Below, one piece after another: positions 35,430 through 45,517 of a stretch of DNA of 64,000 nucleotides. The stretch spans positions 71,506 to 135,505 of the forward strand of contig CAYWQH010000002.1 in assembly GCA_964460855.1 (NCBI GenBank), read 5' to 3'. The stretch is from an uncultured Candidatus Saccharibacteria bacterium. GTDB lineage: Bacteria; Patescibacteriota; Saccharimonadia; Saccharimonadales; UBA10212. Every line of letters begins with the position of its first letter. Position 1 is the first letter of the stretch. The notes under the pieces are model-generated. The model did not search any database. It worked only from the letters and a program-made list of their open reading frames with translations, and had not been told where the DNA came from. The position numbers and the translations under genes are program-made.

Positions 35430-37916
35430 ATGATGCCCAATTCACCAGATTTCCAAGAATTTTTAAACCATTTAACAGATAATGCGTTGCATAGCTTAAA
35501 GCACGCCGACCAAATTGCCAGGGCCGGCGGCAGCGCCTATGTAGGCACCGAGCATTTATTACTCGGACTGCTGGCCCAAGACGGCTCAATTGGCGCCAAA
35601 ATATTAGAAGGTGCCGGCGTAACATTAGACCGCGCCCGCTTAGCACTTAACCTGACCCCAAAGACCTTAGTTATCAACATCGGCGCTAAGGGTTTAAGTG
35701 AAACTGCCAAACTAACTTTAAAAATGGCTTGGGAGATCGCCCAGGAGTTTAACCAGGATATGTGCGGTACAGAGCACATCCTATATAGCATTTTGACCCA
35801 AAAGAACGCCCGCGCAACGGTTTTGCTGCGCGACATGAACATTGATGTCGACCAACTCACAAACGAGCTGGAACAGTTCTTAAACCGCCAACAATTCGAA
35901 GACAATCCCGACGGCGACCCCACCAAGTCACTTCGCCGCAAATCCAAAAGCGGCAAAAAAACGGCCGTAGAATTCTTCGGCACCGATTTAACCGATTTGG
36001 CCAAGCAGGGGAAGCTAGACCCGGTAGTGGGCCGCGAAGCCCAGATTAAAAGGGTGGTTACCATATTAAACCGCCGCACTAAAAACAACCCGGTATTAAT
36101 TGGCGAACCCGGCGTCGGTAAAACAGCTATCGTAGAAGGCCTGGCCCAGCGCATCATTAACGAAGAAGTGCCGGACAGCCTGCTTGATAAGCGGATTATC
36201 ATGCTCGACCTGGCCGGCATGATCGCCGGTACCAAATACCGCGGCGAGTTCGAAGACCGTCTTAAAAAAGTTATGAGCGAGTTGGAAGGCGACAAGAGCA
36301 CAATTGTCTTTATAGACGAGCTGCATTTAATTGTTGGAGCCGGCGCAGCCGAAGGCTCGATGGACGCCGGCAATATGCTCAAGCCAGCCTTAGCCCGCGG
36401 CAAGATCCAGTTAATCGGCGCCACAACTACCGACGAATATACCAAATATATCGAAAAAGACGCCGCCCTGGAACGCCGTTTCCAACCGGTTCAGGTCCCT
36501 GAAACTACCGTTCCCGAAACAGTTTCTATACTAAAAGGCCTGCGCAAGTATTACGAGGAGTTCCACGGCGTAGACATTAGCGACGAAGTAATACAAGACA
36601 CTTCATACTTCGCCAAGCGCTACATTAATGACCGCTACATGCCCGACAAGGCAATTGATTTGCTGGACGAAACCGCTGCCCACCTGCGGGTCGACAAAGG
36701 CAAAACGCCGCCGGAAGTCCGCAAACTCCAGAAAGAACTTAAATTAATTAATACCCGCATCGAAGATGCCGTCGATAACGAAGACTACGAACGGGCCGCC
36801 CGCGAAAAGCAGCGCGCCAGCCAGATTAACGACCAACTGACTAAATTGCAAGCTAGCTATAAAAATGAGCAAAAACTCACCATGACCAGCGAGGATGTCG
36901 CCGAAACTGTCGCCCGGACCACCGGCGTGCCGGTAACCCGCGTCATCCGCAGCGAGGCCAAATATTTGGTTAACCTCGAAAAGAACTTAGAAAAGCATGT
37001 GATAGGCCAGCGCGAAGCCGTAGAAACCGTGGCCAAAGCTGTCCGCCGTTCGCGCTCCGGCATTGCCAGTGAGAAACGGCCGATCGGCTCTTTTATATTC
37101 CTTGGCCCAACCGGCGTCGGTAAAACCGAACTGGCTAGGGTGCTAGCTAAAGAATTCTTTGGCAGCGAAGAAGCGCTGGTTAAAATTGATATGAGCGAAT
37201 TCGGCGAGCACCATAATGTTAGCCGGTTAGTCGGCGCGCCCGCCGGTTACGTCGGTTACGACGACGGCGGCCAGCTTACTGACAAAATCCGCCGCCAGCC
37301 ATATAGCGTCGTGTTGTTTGACGAAATCGAAAAAGCCCACCCCGACGTATTCAACATGCTGCTGCAGCTGCTGGAAGACGGCAAAATAACCGACGCCAAA
37401 GGCCGGCCCATCGACTTCACCAATACGATAGTGATAATGACCAGCAATTTAGGCGCCGAAAAGCTGCAAAAAGAAGCCAGCTTTGGTTTCAGCGCGGTTA
37501 AGGCGTCTGATTTTGAAAACCTTGATGAGCTGCACGAAGCCAATAAAAACAAAGTCTTAGACGAGCTTAAGCGCATGATGCGCCCGGAAATGCTCAACCG
37601 CATAGATAAGATAGTAGTGTTCCGTGCCCTGACTAAAAAAGACGTTCTAAAAATCCTTGACTTGCAGATCGCCGATTTGCGCGGCCGTCTAGTTAAACGG
37701 GGTGTCGGCCTAAGCATTACGCCTTCCGCTAAAAATTTCCTGGTTGATAAAGGATACGATGCTAAAAACGGTGCCCGTCCAATGCGCCGCTTGCTGCAAG
37801 ATACCTTGGAAGACCACATTGCCAGCGGCTTGATTGAAGAATCTTATGAGCGCGGGGATATGGTAAGCGTTACGACTAAAAATAACGAGCTCAATTACGT
37901 TAAATCGGCCGAATAA
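35430..37916 (+). CDS. clpC: ATP-dependent Clp protease ATP-binding subunit ClpC (class I AAA+)
   Basis: 828 aa with duplicated Clp_N repeats, two AAA+ modules (GEPGVGKT, GPTGVGKT) and a middle UVR-like segment (EDYERAAREKQRA). Confidence 0.9.
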   Translation: MMPNSPDFQEFLNHLTDNALHSLKHADQIARAGGSAYVGTEHLLLGLLAQDGSIGAKILEGAGVTLDRARLALNLTPKTLVINIGAKGLSETAKLTLKMAWEIAQEFNQDMCGTEHILYSILTQKNARATVLLRDMNIDVDQLTNELEQFLNRQQFEDNPDGDPTKSLRRKSKSGKKTAVEFFGTDLTDLAKQGKLDPVVGREAQIKRVVTILNRRTKNNPVLIGEPGVGKTAIVEGLAQRIINEEVPDSLLDKRIIMLDLAGMIAGTKYRGEFEDRLKKVMSELEGDKSTIVFIDELHLIVGAGAAEGSMDAGNMLKPALARGKIQLIGATTTDEYTKYIEKDAALERRFQPVQVPETTVPETVSILKGLRKYYEEFHGVDISDEVIQDTSYFAKRYINDRYMPDKAIDLLDETAAHLRVDKGKTPPEVRKLQKELKLINTRIEDAVDNEDYERAAREKQRASQINDQLTKLQASYKNEQKLTMTSEDVAETVARTTGVPVTRVIRSEAKYLVNLEKNLEKHVIGQREAVETVAKAVRRSRSGIASEKRPIGSFIFLGPTGVGKTELARVLAKEFFGSEEALVKIDMSEFGEHHNVSRLVGAPAGYVGYDDGGQLTDKIRRQPYSVVLFDEIEKAHPDVFNMLLQLLEDGKITDAKGRPIDFTNTIVIMTSNLGAEKLQKEASFGFSAVKASDFENLDELHEANKNKVLDELKRMMRPEMLNRIDKIVVFRALTKKDVLKILDLQIADLRGRLVKRGVGLSITPSAKNFLVDKGYDAKNGARPMRRLLQDTLEDHIASGLIEESYERGDMVSVTTKNNELNYVKSAE

Positions 37917-37956
37917 TTTCAGCCGGACTCCAGCTTTGCTTGGTATAATTTAAAGC

Positions 37957-38931
37957 ATGAATGTCGCCAAGCGGCTGCTTAAAATCGGCTTGGTTTCTTG
38001 CCTAGCGGTTATACCGTTAGTTTTGCTTTGGCAATACCAAGCCATTGAAGATTGGTGGAATTTAAGAAATTACGTCCCGCCGCCAGCTATCGCCTCATTG
38101 GCAACAGCCGATACGATGAATGACAAAGGCCGGCGGTTGTTCTACGTTAATAAGCCCCAACTCGATGATAAACAGGTATTTAATAATGACTGTACCGACA
38201 GCGAACAAACCATCGTACTTGGCTGCTACAAGTCAAACTCCGGAATATACATACTGACAGTCACGGAGCCGCGCCTAAAAGGCGTCGAAGAAGTGACCGC
38301 CGCCCACGAAATGCTGCACGCCGCTTATGACCGGCTAAGCGCTGGCGAGCGCAAACATATCGATGACCTGACTAACCAGGTTTACTCCAATATAAAAGAT
38401 GACCGTTTAAGGGCCACGGTAGAACAATACCGCCAAAAAGACCCGTCGGTTGTGCCAAACGAACTACACTCTATTTTGGGTACCGAAGTAAAAGATTTGC
38501 CGCCGGAGCTGGAAGCTTATTACAGCCGGTATTTCTCCAGCCGCCAGGCAATCGTAGCTATGAGCGAGCAATACGAGCAGGAGTTTACCAGCCGCAAAAA
38601 CCAGATCAACCAATTCGACTCTAAATTAGCGACCTTAAAGAAACAGATAGATAGTTACCAGCAGTCGCTGGCAGCCCAAAACCAGGCCTTAAACGCCCAG
38701 CGCGGCCATTTGGACGGTTTGCAGAGTTCAAACACCCCGCCGGCCGATTACAACGCCCAGGTGGCCAAATTCAATAGCTCGGTAGTCAGTTATAACGCCC
38801 AGGTGGTGCAGCTGCGCGATTTAATCAAGCAATATAACGACTTAGTCTCCCAGCGCAACGCGGTGGCCAGCGAACAACGGTCGCTGGTGCAGGCTATAGA
38901 TTCACGCGTCTCAACCCAAGCCACCCAATAA
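37957..38931 (+). CDS. hypothetical membrane-anchored protein with HExxH motif and Q-rich coiled-coil tail
   Basis: 324 aa with an N-terminal TM, VTAAHEMLHAAY (HExxH) and a C-terminal Q/N/S-rich heptad-like region. TGgTATAAT ends 7 nt before the ATG. Confidence 0.55.
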   Translation: MNVAKRLLKIGLVSCLAVIPLVLLWQYQAIEDWWNLRNYVPPPAIASLATADTMNDKGRRLFYVNKPQLDDKQVFNNDCTDSEQTIVLGCYKSNSGIYILTVTEPRLKGVEEVTAAHEMLHAAYDRLSAGERKHIDDLTNQVYSNIKDDRLRATVEQYRQKDPSVVPNELHSILGTEVKDLPPELEAYYSRYFSSRQAIVAMSEQYEQEFTSRKNQINQFDSKLATLKKQIDSYQQSLAAQNQALNAQRGHLDGLQSSNTPPADYNAQVAKFNSSVVSYNAQVVQLRDLIKQYNDLVSQRNAVASEQRSLVQAIDSRVSTQATQ

Positions 38932-38949
38932 ATAAGGTAGAATTAAATT

Positions 38950-40299
38950 ATGGCGAAGAAGGTAGGTTTAAAATTCGTGTGCTCAAATTGCGGGGCGGTT
39001 ACGGCCAGCTGGACCGGCCGCTGCCAGCAGTGCGGCCAATGGAATACGCTGCAGGAGCAATTAGATATATCAAAGGAATCTGCCGCAAAATCGGGCAGGG
39101 TATTGCCAGCCGTTGACGTTAAAAGTATCAACCAGAAGCGCCGCTTAAGCCGCATAGCCAGCGGCATCAGCGATTTCGATACGGTCATGGGAGGCGGCAT
39201 CGTACCCGGCAGTATTAACCTGCTAGCCGGACAACCAGGCATCGGCAAGAGTACCATACTGCTGCAGCTGGCTTATAACATTGCCAGCCACCACCGGGTT
39301 TTATATGTTAGCGGCGAAGAATCGGCCGAACAAATCGCCCTGCGGGCCAACCGTTTGGGAACTGTCCATCAGGACCTCAAAATCGCCACTAGTACCAGCA
39401 CCAACGATATTGCCGCAACTATTGGTGCAGCCGATTACGACCTGGTAATTATCGACTCCATCCAAACTTTATCTATAGAAGAAATAAGCTCGGCCGCCGG
39501 CAGCGTCAGCCAAATTACGAATAGCACCCATATGCTGACTTTGGCCGCCAAAACCGCCAATACCGCATTGTTGCTAGTGGGTCACGTTACCAAAGAGGGC
39601 TCGATTGCCGGGCCCAAAGTTTTGGAACATTCAGTAGACGTAGTATTGCAGCTGGAAGGCGACCGCTACGGTGGTTTTAAGGTGCTGCGCGCCCAGAAAA
39701 ACCGCTATGGCAGCACCTCCGAAGCGGCCATTTTTGAAATGACTGACGCCGGTATGAAAGTAGTGGAAAACCCATCGGCAGCTTTATTGGCCGAAAGGCA
39801 GGTTAGTGACGGCTCGATTGTAATGGCTGCCCTCGAAGGCAGCCGCCCGCTTTTGGTAGAAGTCCAAGCTTTGGTTAATACCACATCCTACGGCTACCCT
39901 AAAAGGGCAGCCAGCGGCATTGATTTAAACCGGGTAAATTTACTGGTAGCGATGCTGGAGCGCCGTACCAAGTTAAAATTGGGCGATAAGGACATCTATA
40001 TTAATATTGTCGGCGGCATTCGCTTGGACGAACCAGCCGCCGACCTGGCTATTTGCCTAGCCATAGGCAGCGCCGCCAAAGGGCTGCAGCTCAAGAAAAA
40101 CGCCGTAGTTTTCGGCGAAGTCGGTTTATCTGGAGAAGTCCGGCATGTACCGATGATGGATAAGCGGCTAGCCGAAGCTAAAAAGCTTGGTTTCGAAGCC
40201 GGTATTGGCCCGGCCGTCCGCACTGGCAAAAAACCGGCATTTTTACTGCCGGTTACTGATATTCGAAGTGCTTTAAATACTTTTCTGGAAAAAGATTAG
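38950..40299 (+). CDS. radA: DNA repair protein RadA/Sms
   Basis: 449 aa with an N-terminal C4 zinc finger (CSNCG...CQQCGQW), Walker A GQPGIGKST, KNRYG and a Lon-like C-terminal domain. Confidence 0.92.
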   Translation: MAKKVGLKFVCSNCGAVTASWTGRCQQCGQWNTLQEQLDISKESAAKSGRVLPAVDVKSINQKRRLSRIASGISDFDTVMGGGIVPGSINLLAGQPGIGKSTILLQLAYNIASHHRVLYVSGEESAEQIALRANRLGTVHQDLKIATSTSTNDIAATIGAADYDLVIIDSIQTLSIEEISSAAGSVSQITNSTHMLTLAAKTANTALLLVGHVTKEGSIAGPKVLEHSVDVVLQLEGDRYGGFKVLRAQKNRYGSTSEAAIFEMTDAGMKVVENPSAALLAERQVSDGSIVMAALEGSRPLLVEVQALVNTTSYGYPKRAASGIDLNRVNLLVAMLERRTKLKLGDKDIYINIVGGIRLDEPAADLAICLAIGSAAKGLQLKKNAVVFGEVGLSGEVRHVPMMDKRLAEAKKLGFEAGIGPAVRTGKKPAFLLPVTDIRSALNTFLEKD

Positions 40300-40301
40300 C
40301 G

Positions 40302-43300
40302 TTACGGTACTACACCACTGTCGGAGTTTCCGTCGCTATCGGTAACAGTTACGGTATCGCCATGTGAGGCCAAGACTGTTGATGTTGTACAACTATGACC
40401 GCTCACATTTGTACAGCCTGGAAGCGGGGTTGAACCGTTGTAAGCAGTATATGGATTATTGCCGCCCGTCCAGTGGATAGTAGTGTTACCCCCGCCCACG
40501 TTTATTGTGCCCATGGTTAAAGGGCTGCCACCACCGCCACCTCCGGAAGCGGATAAGTCGGTGCTGATAGTATTTGTACCATCGTAAAGCACGCTGTCCG
40601 TCACCACAGCAGTTATTGTAGATGTGCCGCTCTTAGAAGCTGTAAATGTCACCGCCGGGACGCTACCGTCGCCGTTAATGGTTACTAGGCATCCGTTTGA
40701 ACAATTGGATATGGCCGAGCCGGTATATTGGACCGTTCCCTTAAACTGGTCGCTGTTAAGCGGATGGGTGCCGGCTGTAACATTGGCAGTTAGTTGGTAA
40801 ACGCCACCTCCGGTAGACGAAATACTGAATGAAATACTTGGTTTAACATCGTCGCATTTGTGGACGTCATCCGTGGCGTTTGTATTTGCGCCCCCTGTCC
40901 CGTTAAACCGGTCGCCGCTGAATGATGACGCGTCGCCGCCCGTAATATCTTGACGGGCTTTTGGCGGTGTACAGTCAGTAGCCAACTTATTGCTTACCCT
41001 ATCAATTGTTTGCTTGGAAGTCGTTTTGGCTTTAGATACGTACCAGGATGGGAACAAATCAGTACTGGGGCTGGGTTCGACAGAACCAATACCCACGTGG
41101 CTGCGGATAACATAGGCCGGCAACGATTGCAGGTCGCTTGGCTTTTGCCATTGCTCCGGCGTCTGGTTGTCGTGGGCCCGGTCCATCCAGCCCTGCCAAA
41201 TAGGCTGGGTCATGTTTTCCATGGTGCCGCTCATTGCTTTAGTTCGGCTGTGATAGCCCACCCACACGCCGGCGGCATATTTGGTCGAAAAGCCCATCAT
41301 CCAGCCATCTTTGCCGTCGTTGGTGGTTCCGGTTTTCATGGCAAAGTGCCAACCCTTATAGCGGTGCGGTTTGCGGCCGGCCGGGAAATAACTGGCATTG
41401 GGGTCGCTCATCATGTCTTGCACAATATATGCGGCATCGGGCCTAACGGCTTGGGTGCCGCTGGTTGGTTTCCACTGGTCGATAGTTTTGTTTGAGCCGT
41501 CGGTGATTTTAAGAATATAAGTCTGCGGGAGGTTTACACCGTTACGCGAAATCGTGGAGTAGCCGTGCACGTGCTCGTCGAGATGCAGGTATGCGCCGTC
41601 GCCGATGGCCGAGCTGGAATAGCACTGGGTTTCGTGCTCTTTAGTAAAGTCGCTGGAACCAGGGTCATAGCATTTATAACCGCTGCTTAAGCCCATTTTT
41701 TGGGCTGTCGCGATGGTTTTATCGATGCCGGTAGTTAGCATCGCTTTTACAGCCGGTACGTTACGCGAACCGCCCAGCGCGTAGCGCAATGTAAGCGGCC
41801 CGGGATAGCGGAAGTCATAATCTTCCAAACAGTTGCCTTGGCCTTTAGGCGGCGGCAAAGTCTTATTGGTGCATGGATAGCCTTCTAGCGGCCCCTGGCT
41901 GTCATATAGAACCGACCCGGCACCGAAATTAGTATTATTTTCGAGCAGTGCCGTATAGTCGTAAGGTTTAAAGCTGGATCCCGGCGGCAGAGGCTGCTGG
42001 GCATAATTTATTTTGCCATGGTCGGGGTCGTTAAAGTCAGCGCCTCCAACCAGCGCAACCATTTGGCCGGTCTTAACGTCCTCGGCGGCAAAAGCAGCCG
42101 TATCACCGCCCTGCCGGCGTACCTGGGCCAATCCTTTTTGGACCTGGTCTTCGGCTATACCCTGCAAATTCATATCCAGCGTAGTAGTAACTTTCCAGCC
42201 GCCGATTTTAGCCGACCCGCTGCCAATATATTTGGCTACCAGTTGGTTTTTGGCGGCTAAAACGAAGTACGGCGCTTTAATATTGTCGTACTTGGCCAGC
42301 CGCGGCTGCACTTTGGCGACAGTGTCTACCTTTAAAGCCTCATCGCGTTGCTGGGCAGTTATCTTGCCAGTTTGTTCCATAATGCCTAAAACATAATGCT
42401 GTCGCGAAGCAAAAGCCTTTTTGTCAAAATCCGGGCTGTAGGGCGAATAATAGAGCGGTGATTTTGGAATGGTTGCCAGCATAGCCGACTCGTCCAAAGT
42501 TAAGTCTTTTGCTTGTTTGTGGAAGTAATTTTCTGAAGCGGCTTCTACCCCGTATTCAATACCGCCGTACGGCGCCGAATTTAAATAGCCGGTTAAAATA
42601 TCATTTTTGGAGTAGCTGCGTTCCAGCTCAACTGCCAAGATTAACTCTTTAATTTTACGTTTATAAGTACGGTCTTTGCTCCAATCCTGGGTAAGCTTTA
42701 CCAGCTGCTGGGTAATCGTTGAACCGCCTTGGGTGCTGCCATGGTGGAAAAAGTCGTTAAAGGCCGCCCGGAAAATACCTTTCATATCAAAGCCACGGTG
42801 CTTATAAAAGTCGCGGTCTTCGAGGGCGATAGTGGCGTCGCGCATCGACTGTGGCATATCATTATACTGCACCGGAATGCGCTTAACAGCACCGTAATCT
42901 TCCCACAGCAATACCTGGCCGGTGCGGTCATAGTAGCGGATACTGCCGCCCAGGTTTCCGCCCGAAATGTCTTTAAGATTAGGCAGGTCTTTGCGGAAGT
43001 AAGCGAACACGCCGACGGTCATTACGAAAAAAACAATTATCGCGATGCCCAAAACTTTAAGGGCCATAATGGCGCCATCGCGGCTAAACCAATACTTAGC
43101 TAAACGGCGCGGGTTCAAGCGCCACATTAGCCGCTTGGTTCGCGAGCTAGGCAGCCCTTTGAGCCGGTCGGCTTTGCGCTTGGCCTTGCTCTCGCTATAT
43201 TCTTTAAAACGGTCGCTAAGACTGCGCCGGATCTTTATAACGTTACCGCTGCGGGTAGTAATATACTTACTGCTCGGCTTGCGTGGCCGGTTCTGCCCGC

Positions 43301-43325
43301 TGCGCGGGGAACGCTGTTGTGCCAT
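40302..43325 (-). CDS. class A penicillin-binding protein (glycosyltransferase + transpeptidase) with long C-terminal extension
   Basis: 1007 aa with a basic N-terminal tail plus TM, a GT51 domain (EDRDFYKHRGFD, GGSTITQQL), transpeptidase motifs (SSFKP, KTGTT) and about 270 extra Gly/Ser/Thr-rich residues. Confidence 0.9.
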   Translation of the reverse strand: MAQQRSPRSGQNRPRKPSSKYITTRSGNVIKIRRSLSDRFKEYSESKAKRKADRLKGLPSSRTKRLMWRLNPRRLAKYWFSRDGAIMALKVLGIAIIVFFVMTVGVFAYFRKDLPNLKDISGGNLGGSIRYYDRTGQVLLWEDYGAVKRIPVQYNDMPQSMRDATIALEDRDFYKHRGFDMKGIFRAAFNDFFHHGSTQGGSTITQQLVKLTQDWSKDRTYKRKIKELILAVELERSYSKNDILTGYLNSAPYGGIEYGVEAASENYFHKQAKDLTLDESAMLATIPKSPLYYSPYSPDFDKKAFASRQHYVLGIMEQTGKITAQQRDEALKVDTVAKVQPRLAKYDNIKAPYFVLAAKNQLVAKYIGSGSAKIGGWKVTTTLDMNLQGIAEDQVQKGLAQVRRQGGDTAAFAAEDVKTGQMVALVGGADFNDPDHGKINYAQQPLPPGSSFKPYDYTALLENNTNFGAGSVLYDSQGPLEGYPCTNKTLPPPKGQGNCLEDYDFRYPGPLTLRYALGGSRNVPAVKAMLTTGIDKTIATAQKMGLSSGYKCYDPGSSDFTKEHETQCYSSSAIGDGAYLHLDEHVHGYSTISRNGVNLPQTYILKITDGSNKTIDQWKPTSGTQAVRPDAAYIVQDMMSDPNASYFPAGRKPHRYKGWHFAMKTGTTNDGKDGWMMGFSTKYAAGVWVGYHSRTKAMSGTMENMTQPIWQGWMDRAHDNQTPEQWQKPSDLQSLPAYVIRSHVGIGSVEPSPSTDLFPSWYVSKAKTTSKQTIDRVSNKLATDCTPPKARQDITGGDASSFSGDRFNGTGGANTNATDDVHKCDDVKPSISFSISSTGGGVYQLTANVTAGTHPLNSDQFKGTVQYTGSAISNCSNGCLVTINGDGSVPAVTFTASKSGTSTITAVVTDSVLYDGTNTISTDLSASGGGGGGSPLTMGTINVGGGNTTIHWTGGNNPYTAYNGSTPLPGCTNVSGHSCTTSTVLASHGDTVTVTDSDGNSDSGVVP

Positions 43326-43470
43326 ACGTCGTACACATACTCCTTCTGGCAGTTATTATAGCAAAATAAGGCCTTATGCCAGCGACAAAATGCTTAAGTT
43401 TACACACATGTTGGCTGCTATCTAACAAAGCCGTTATAATAAGCTAAAATGCTGATAAAGGCCTGAAAAA

Positions 43471-44727
43471 ATGACTTTAAGCGAAGAACTCCGCTGGCGC
43501 GGTTTCGTTAACCAAACAACTCTGGCCAGCCCCGAAAACTTAGATAAACAGCCGCTAACTTTTTATTGGGGGGTTGACCCCAGCGCCCCGTCTATGACGG
43601 TTGGCAACTTGGCCATTGCTATGATGGTGCGGCACTTTATTAATCACGGCCATAAGGCTGTGCTGCTGGTGGGCGGGGCTACCGGCATGATCGGCGACCC
43701 CGACGGCAAAAACGAGGAACGCGACTTAAAAAGCGCCGATGAAATAAATAATAATAAGCAAAAATTAGCCGGGCAGTACCGCCAAATTTTTGACGGCCAG
43801 GAGTTCCAGCTGGTAGATAATATCGATTGGTTCAAAGATATTGGCTACCTTAATTTCTTACGGGACGTAGGCAAACATATGCCGATGAGCCAAATGCTCG
43901 ACCGTGAATTCGTTAAAAGCCGCCTGGGAGAGGCCGGCACTGGAATTAGCTATGCCGAATTCAGTTACGCCATGATCCAGGGCTACGACTTTTTGCATTT
44001 ATATAAGGAAATGGGCGTAACGCTGCAGGTCTGCGGCTCCGACCAATGGGGCAATTGCATAGCCGGCGTCGATTTAATCCGGCGGATTACCGGCGGCGAA
44101 GCCCACGTCTGGTCCGCCCCGCTAGTAGTAAATAAGGCCACCGGCATCAAGTTCGGTAAAAGCGAGGAAGGGGCGGTATGGTTGGATGGAGAGCTAACTA
44201 CTCCTTACCAGTTTTACCAGTTCTGGCTTAATACCGAAGATATGGATGTTATTGATTACCTAAAGATATATACGATGTTAAGCCGCGAAGATGTTGCAGC
44301 TTTTGCCGAAGAAGTCGAATCGGCGCCCGGCCAGCGCCAGGCCCAAAAACGTCTGGCCTGGGAAGTTACCAGGACGGTTCACGGCGAAGCCGCGGCAAAC
44401 AGCGTGCAGAAAATCAGTGAAACACTTTTTGGCGGCCGCGATTACCGCGAGCTCAGCGCCGAGGATTTCAACGGGCTTAAGCAGGAATTACCGGTTGTAA
44501 AAGCCATGGCCGGCCAAACGTCGTTAATCGAGTTGCTGGTAAACAGCAAATTAGCTGGCAGTAATTCCGAAGCCCGCCGGTTCCTGGAAGACAGCGCGGT
44601 GTATATTAATGGGCAGCAGTTCAGCAGCGAAAAGCATAACATTGAACAACAAGATGTAATCGCCGGCCACGCCGTGCTGCGCCGCGGTAAAAACCAACAG
44701 GCAATTATAGAATTTAACGGAAATTAA
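43471..44727 (+). CDS. tyrS: tyrosine--tRNA ligase
   Basis: 418 aa with a class I catalytic domain, KFGKS (KMSKS-type loop) and a C-terminal S4-like domain. Confidence 0.92.
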   Translation: MTLSEELRWRGFVNQTTLASPENLDKQPLTFYWGVDPSAPSMTVGNLAIAMMVRHFINHGHKAVLLVGGATGMIGDPDGKNEERDLKSADEINNNKQKLAGQYRQIFDGQEFQLVDNIDWFKDIGYLNFLRDVGKHMPMSQMLDREFVKSRLGEAGTGISYAEFSYAMIQGYDFLHLYKEMGVTLQVCGSDQWGNCIAGVDLIRRITGGEAHVWSAPLVVNKATGIKFGKSEEGAVWLDGELTTPYQFYQFWLNTEDMDVIDYLKIYTMLSREDVAAFAEEVESAPGQRQAQKRLAWEVTRTVHGEAAANSVQKISETLFGGRDYRELSAEDFNGLKQELPVVKAMAGQTSLIELLVNSKLAGSNSEARRFLEDSAVYINGQQFSSEKHNIEQQDVIAGHAVLRRGKNQQAIIEFNGN

Positions 44728-44728
44728 A

Positions 44729-45499
44729 ATGGCAACCACTAAAAAAACTATCCGTAAAGCGGACCAATATAACGACCCTAAGCATAACTACCAGGAATAC
44801 TGGCAGGGCCGCGAATACGAACACGCCGCCGAAGAAATGGCTATAGATAAGTTATTAAAAAAGCAGCATTTTAAAAATGCCGTGGACGTTGGCGGCGGCT
44901 ACGGCCGATTGAGCAAATATATCACTAAATACGCCGATAAAGTTACTTTGGCCGAGCCTTCGCAACAACAACTGGACATCGCCAAACAATATCTAAAAGA
45001 TACCCCGGAAGTTGAACAAAAATTACTGCAAGCCAGCGACCTGAAGTTTAAGGACGGTTCGGTCGATTTAGTTATGGTTGTCAGGGTTTTGCACCATATA
45101 CCAGAGCCCGCGCCGGAGTTTAACGAAATTGCCCGGATCTTAAAACCCGGCGGGACTTTCCTTTTGGAATTCGCCAATAACGCCCATGGCTTAAACCGTA
45201 TCCGCTATGCCATGCGCGGCCAGCGGGTGCCAAAGTCGCCGGTTGATATTCGCAGCGCGGCAAACCAACGGCCGGATGAGCTACCATTTGTGAACCACCA
45301 TCCCAAAACGATTATCAAGATGTTAAACGATGCCGGTTTTGAAGTCGAGTCGGTCTTAAGCGGCTCTAACTTGCGTTCGCCCCGCATCAAAAAAATGTTC
45401 AGTAAAAGCACGCTTCTATTCCTCGAAAAATCTTTGCAGCCAGTGTTAACGCCTTTATACTTTGGCCCAAGTGTGTGGCTGCGTTTGCGCAAGATATAA
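44729..45499 (+). CDS. class I SAM-dependent methyltransferase
   Basis: 256 aa with motif I VDVGGGYGRL and post-I/II acidic residues. It starts 2 nt after the tyrS stop. Confidence 0.75.
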   Translation: MATTKKTIRKADQYNDPKHNYQEYWQGREYEHAAEEMAIDKLLKKQHFKNAVDVGGGYGRLSKYITKYADKVTLAEPSQQQLDIAKQYLKDTPEVEQKLLQASDLKFKDGSVDLVMVVRVLHHIPEPAPEFNEIARILKPGGTFLLEFANNAHGLNRIRYAMRGQRVPKSPVDIRSAANQRPDELPFVNHHPKTIIKMLNDAGFEVESVLSGSNLRSPRIKKMFSKSTLLFLEKSLQPVLTPLYFGPSVWLRLRKI

Positions 45500-45517
45500 C
45501 CGGCATATAATAGATAT

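Noticed and set aside
43326-43470. A T-box leader upstream of tyrS (also considered for hisS at 49023-49108).
   Set aside because: The intergenic regions are 145 and 86 nt, too short for a T-box riboswitch. No specifier or terminator-antiterminator architecture or T-box consensus is visible.
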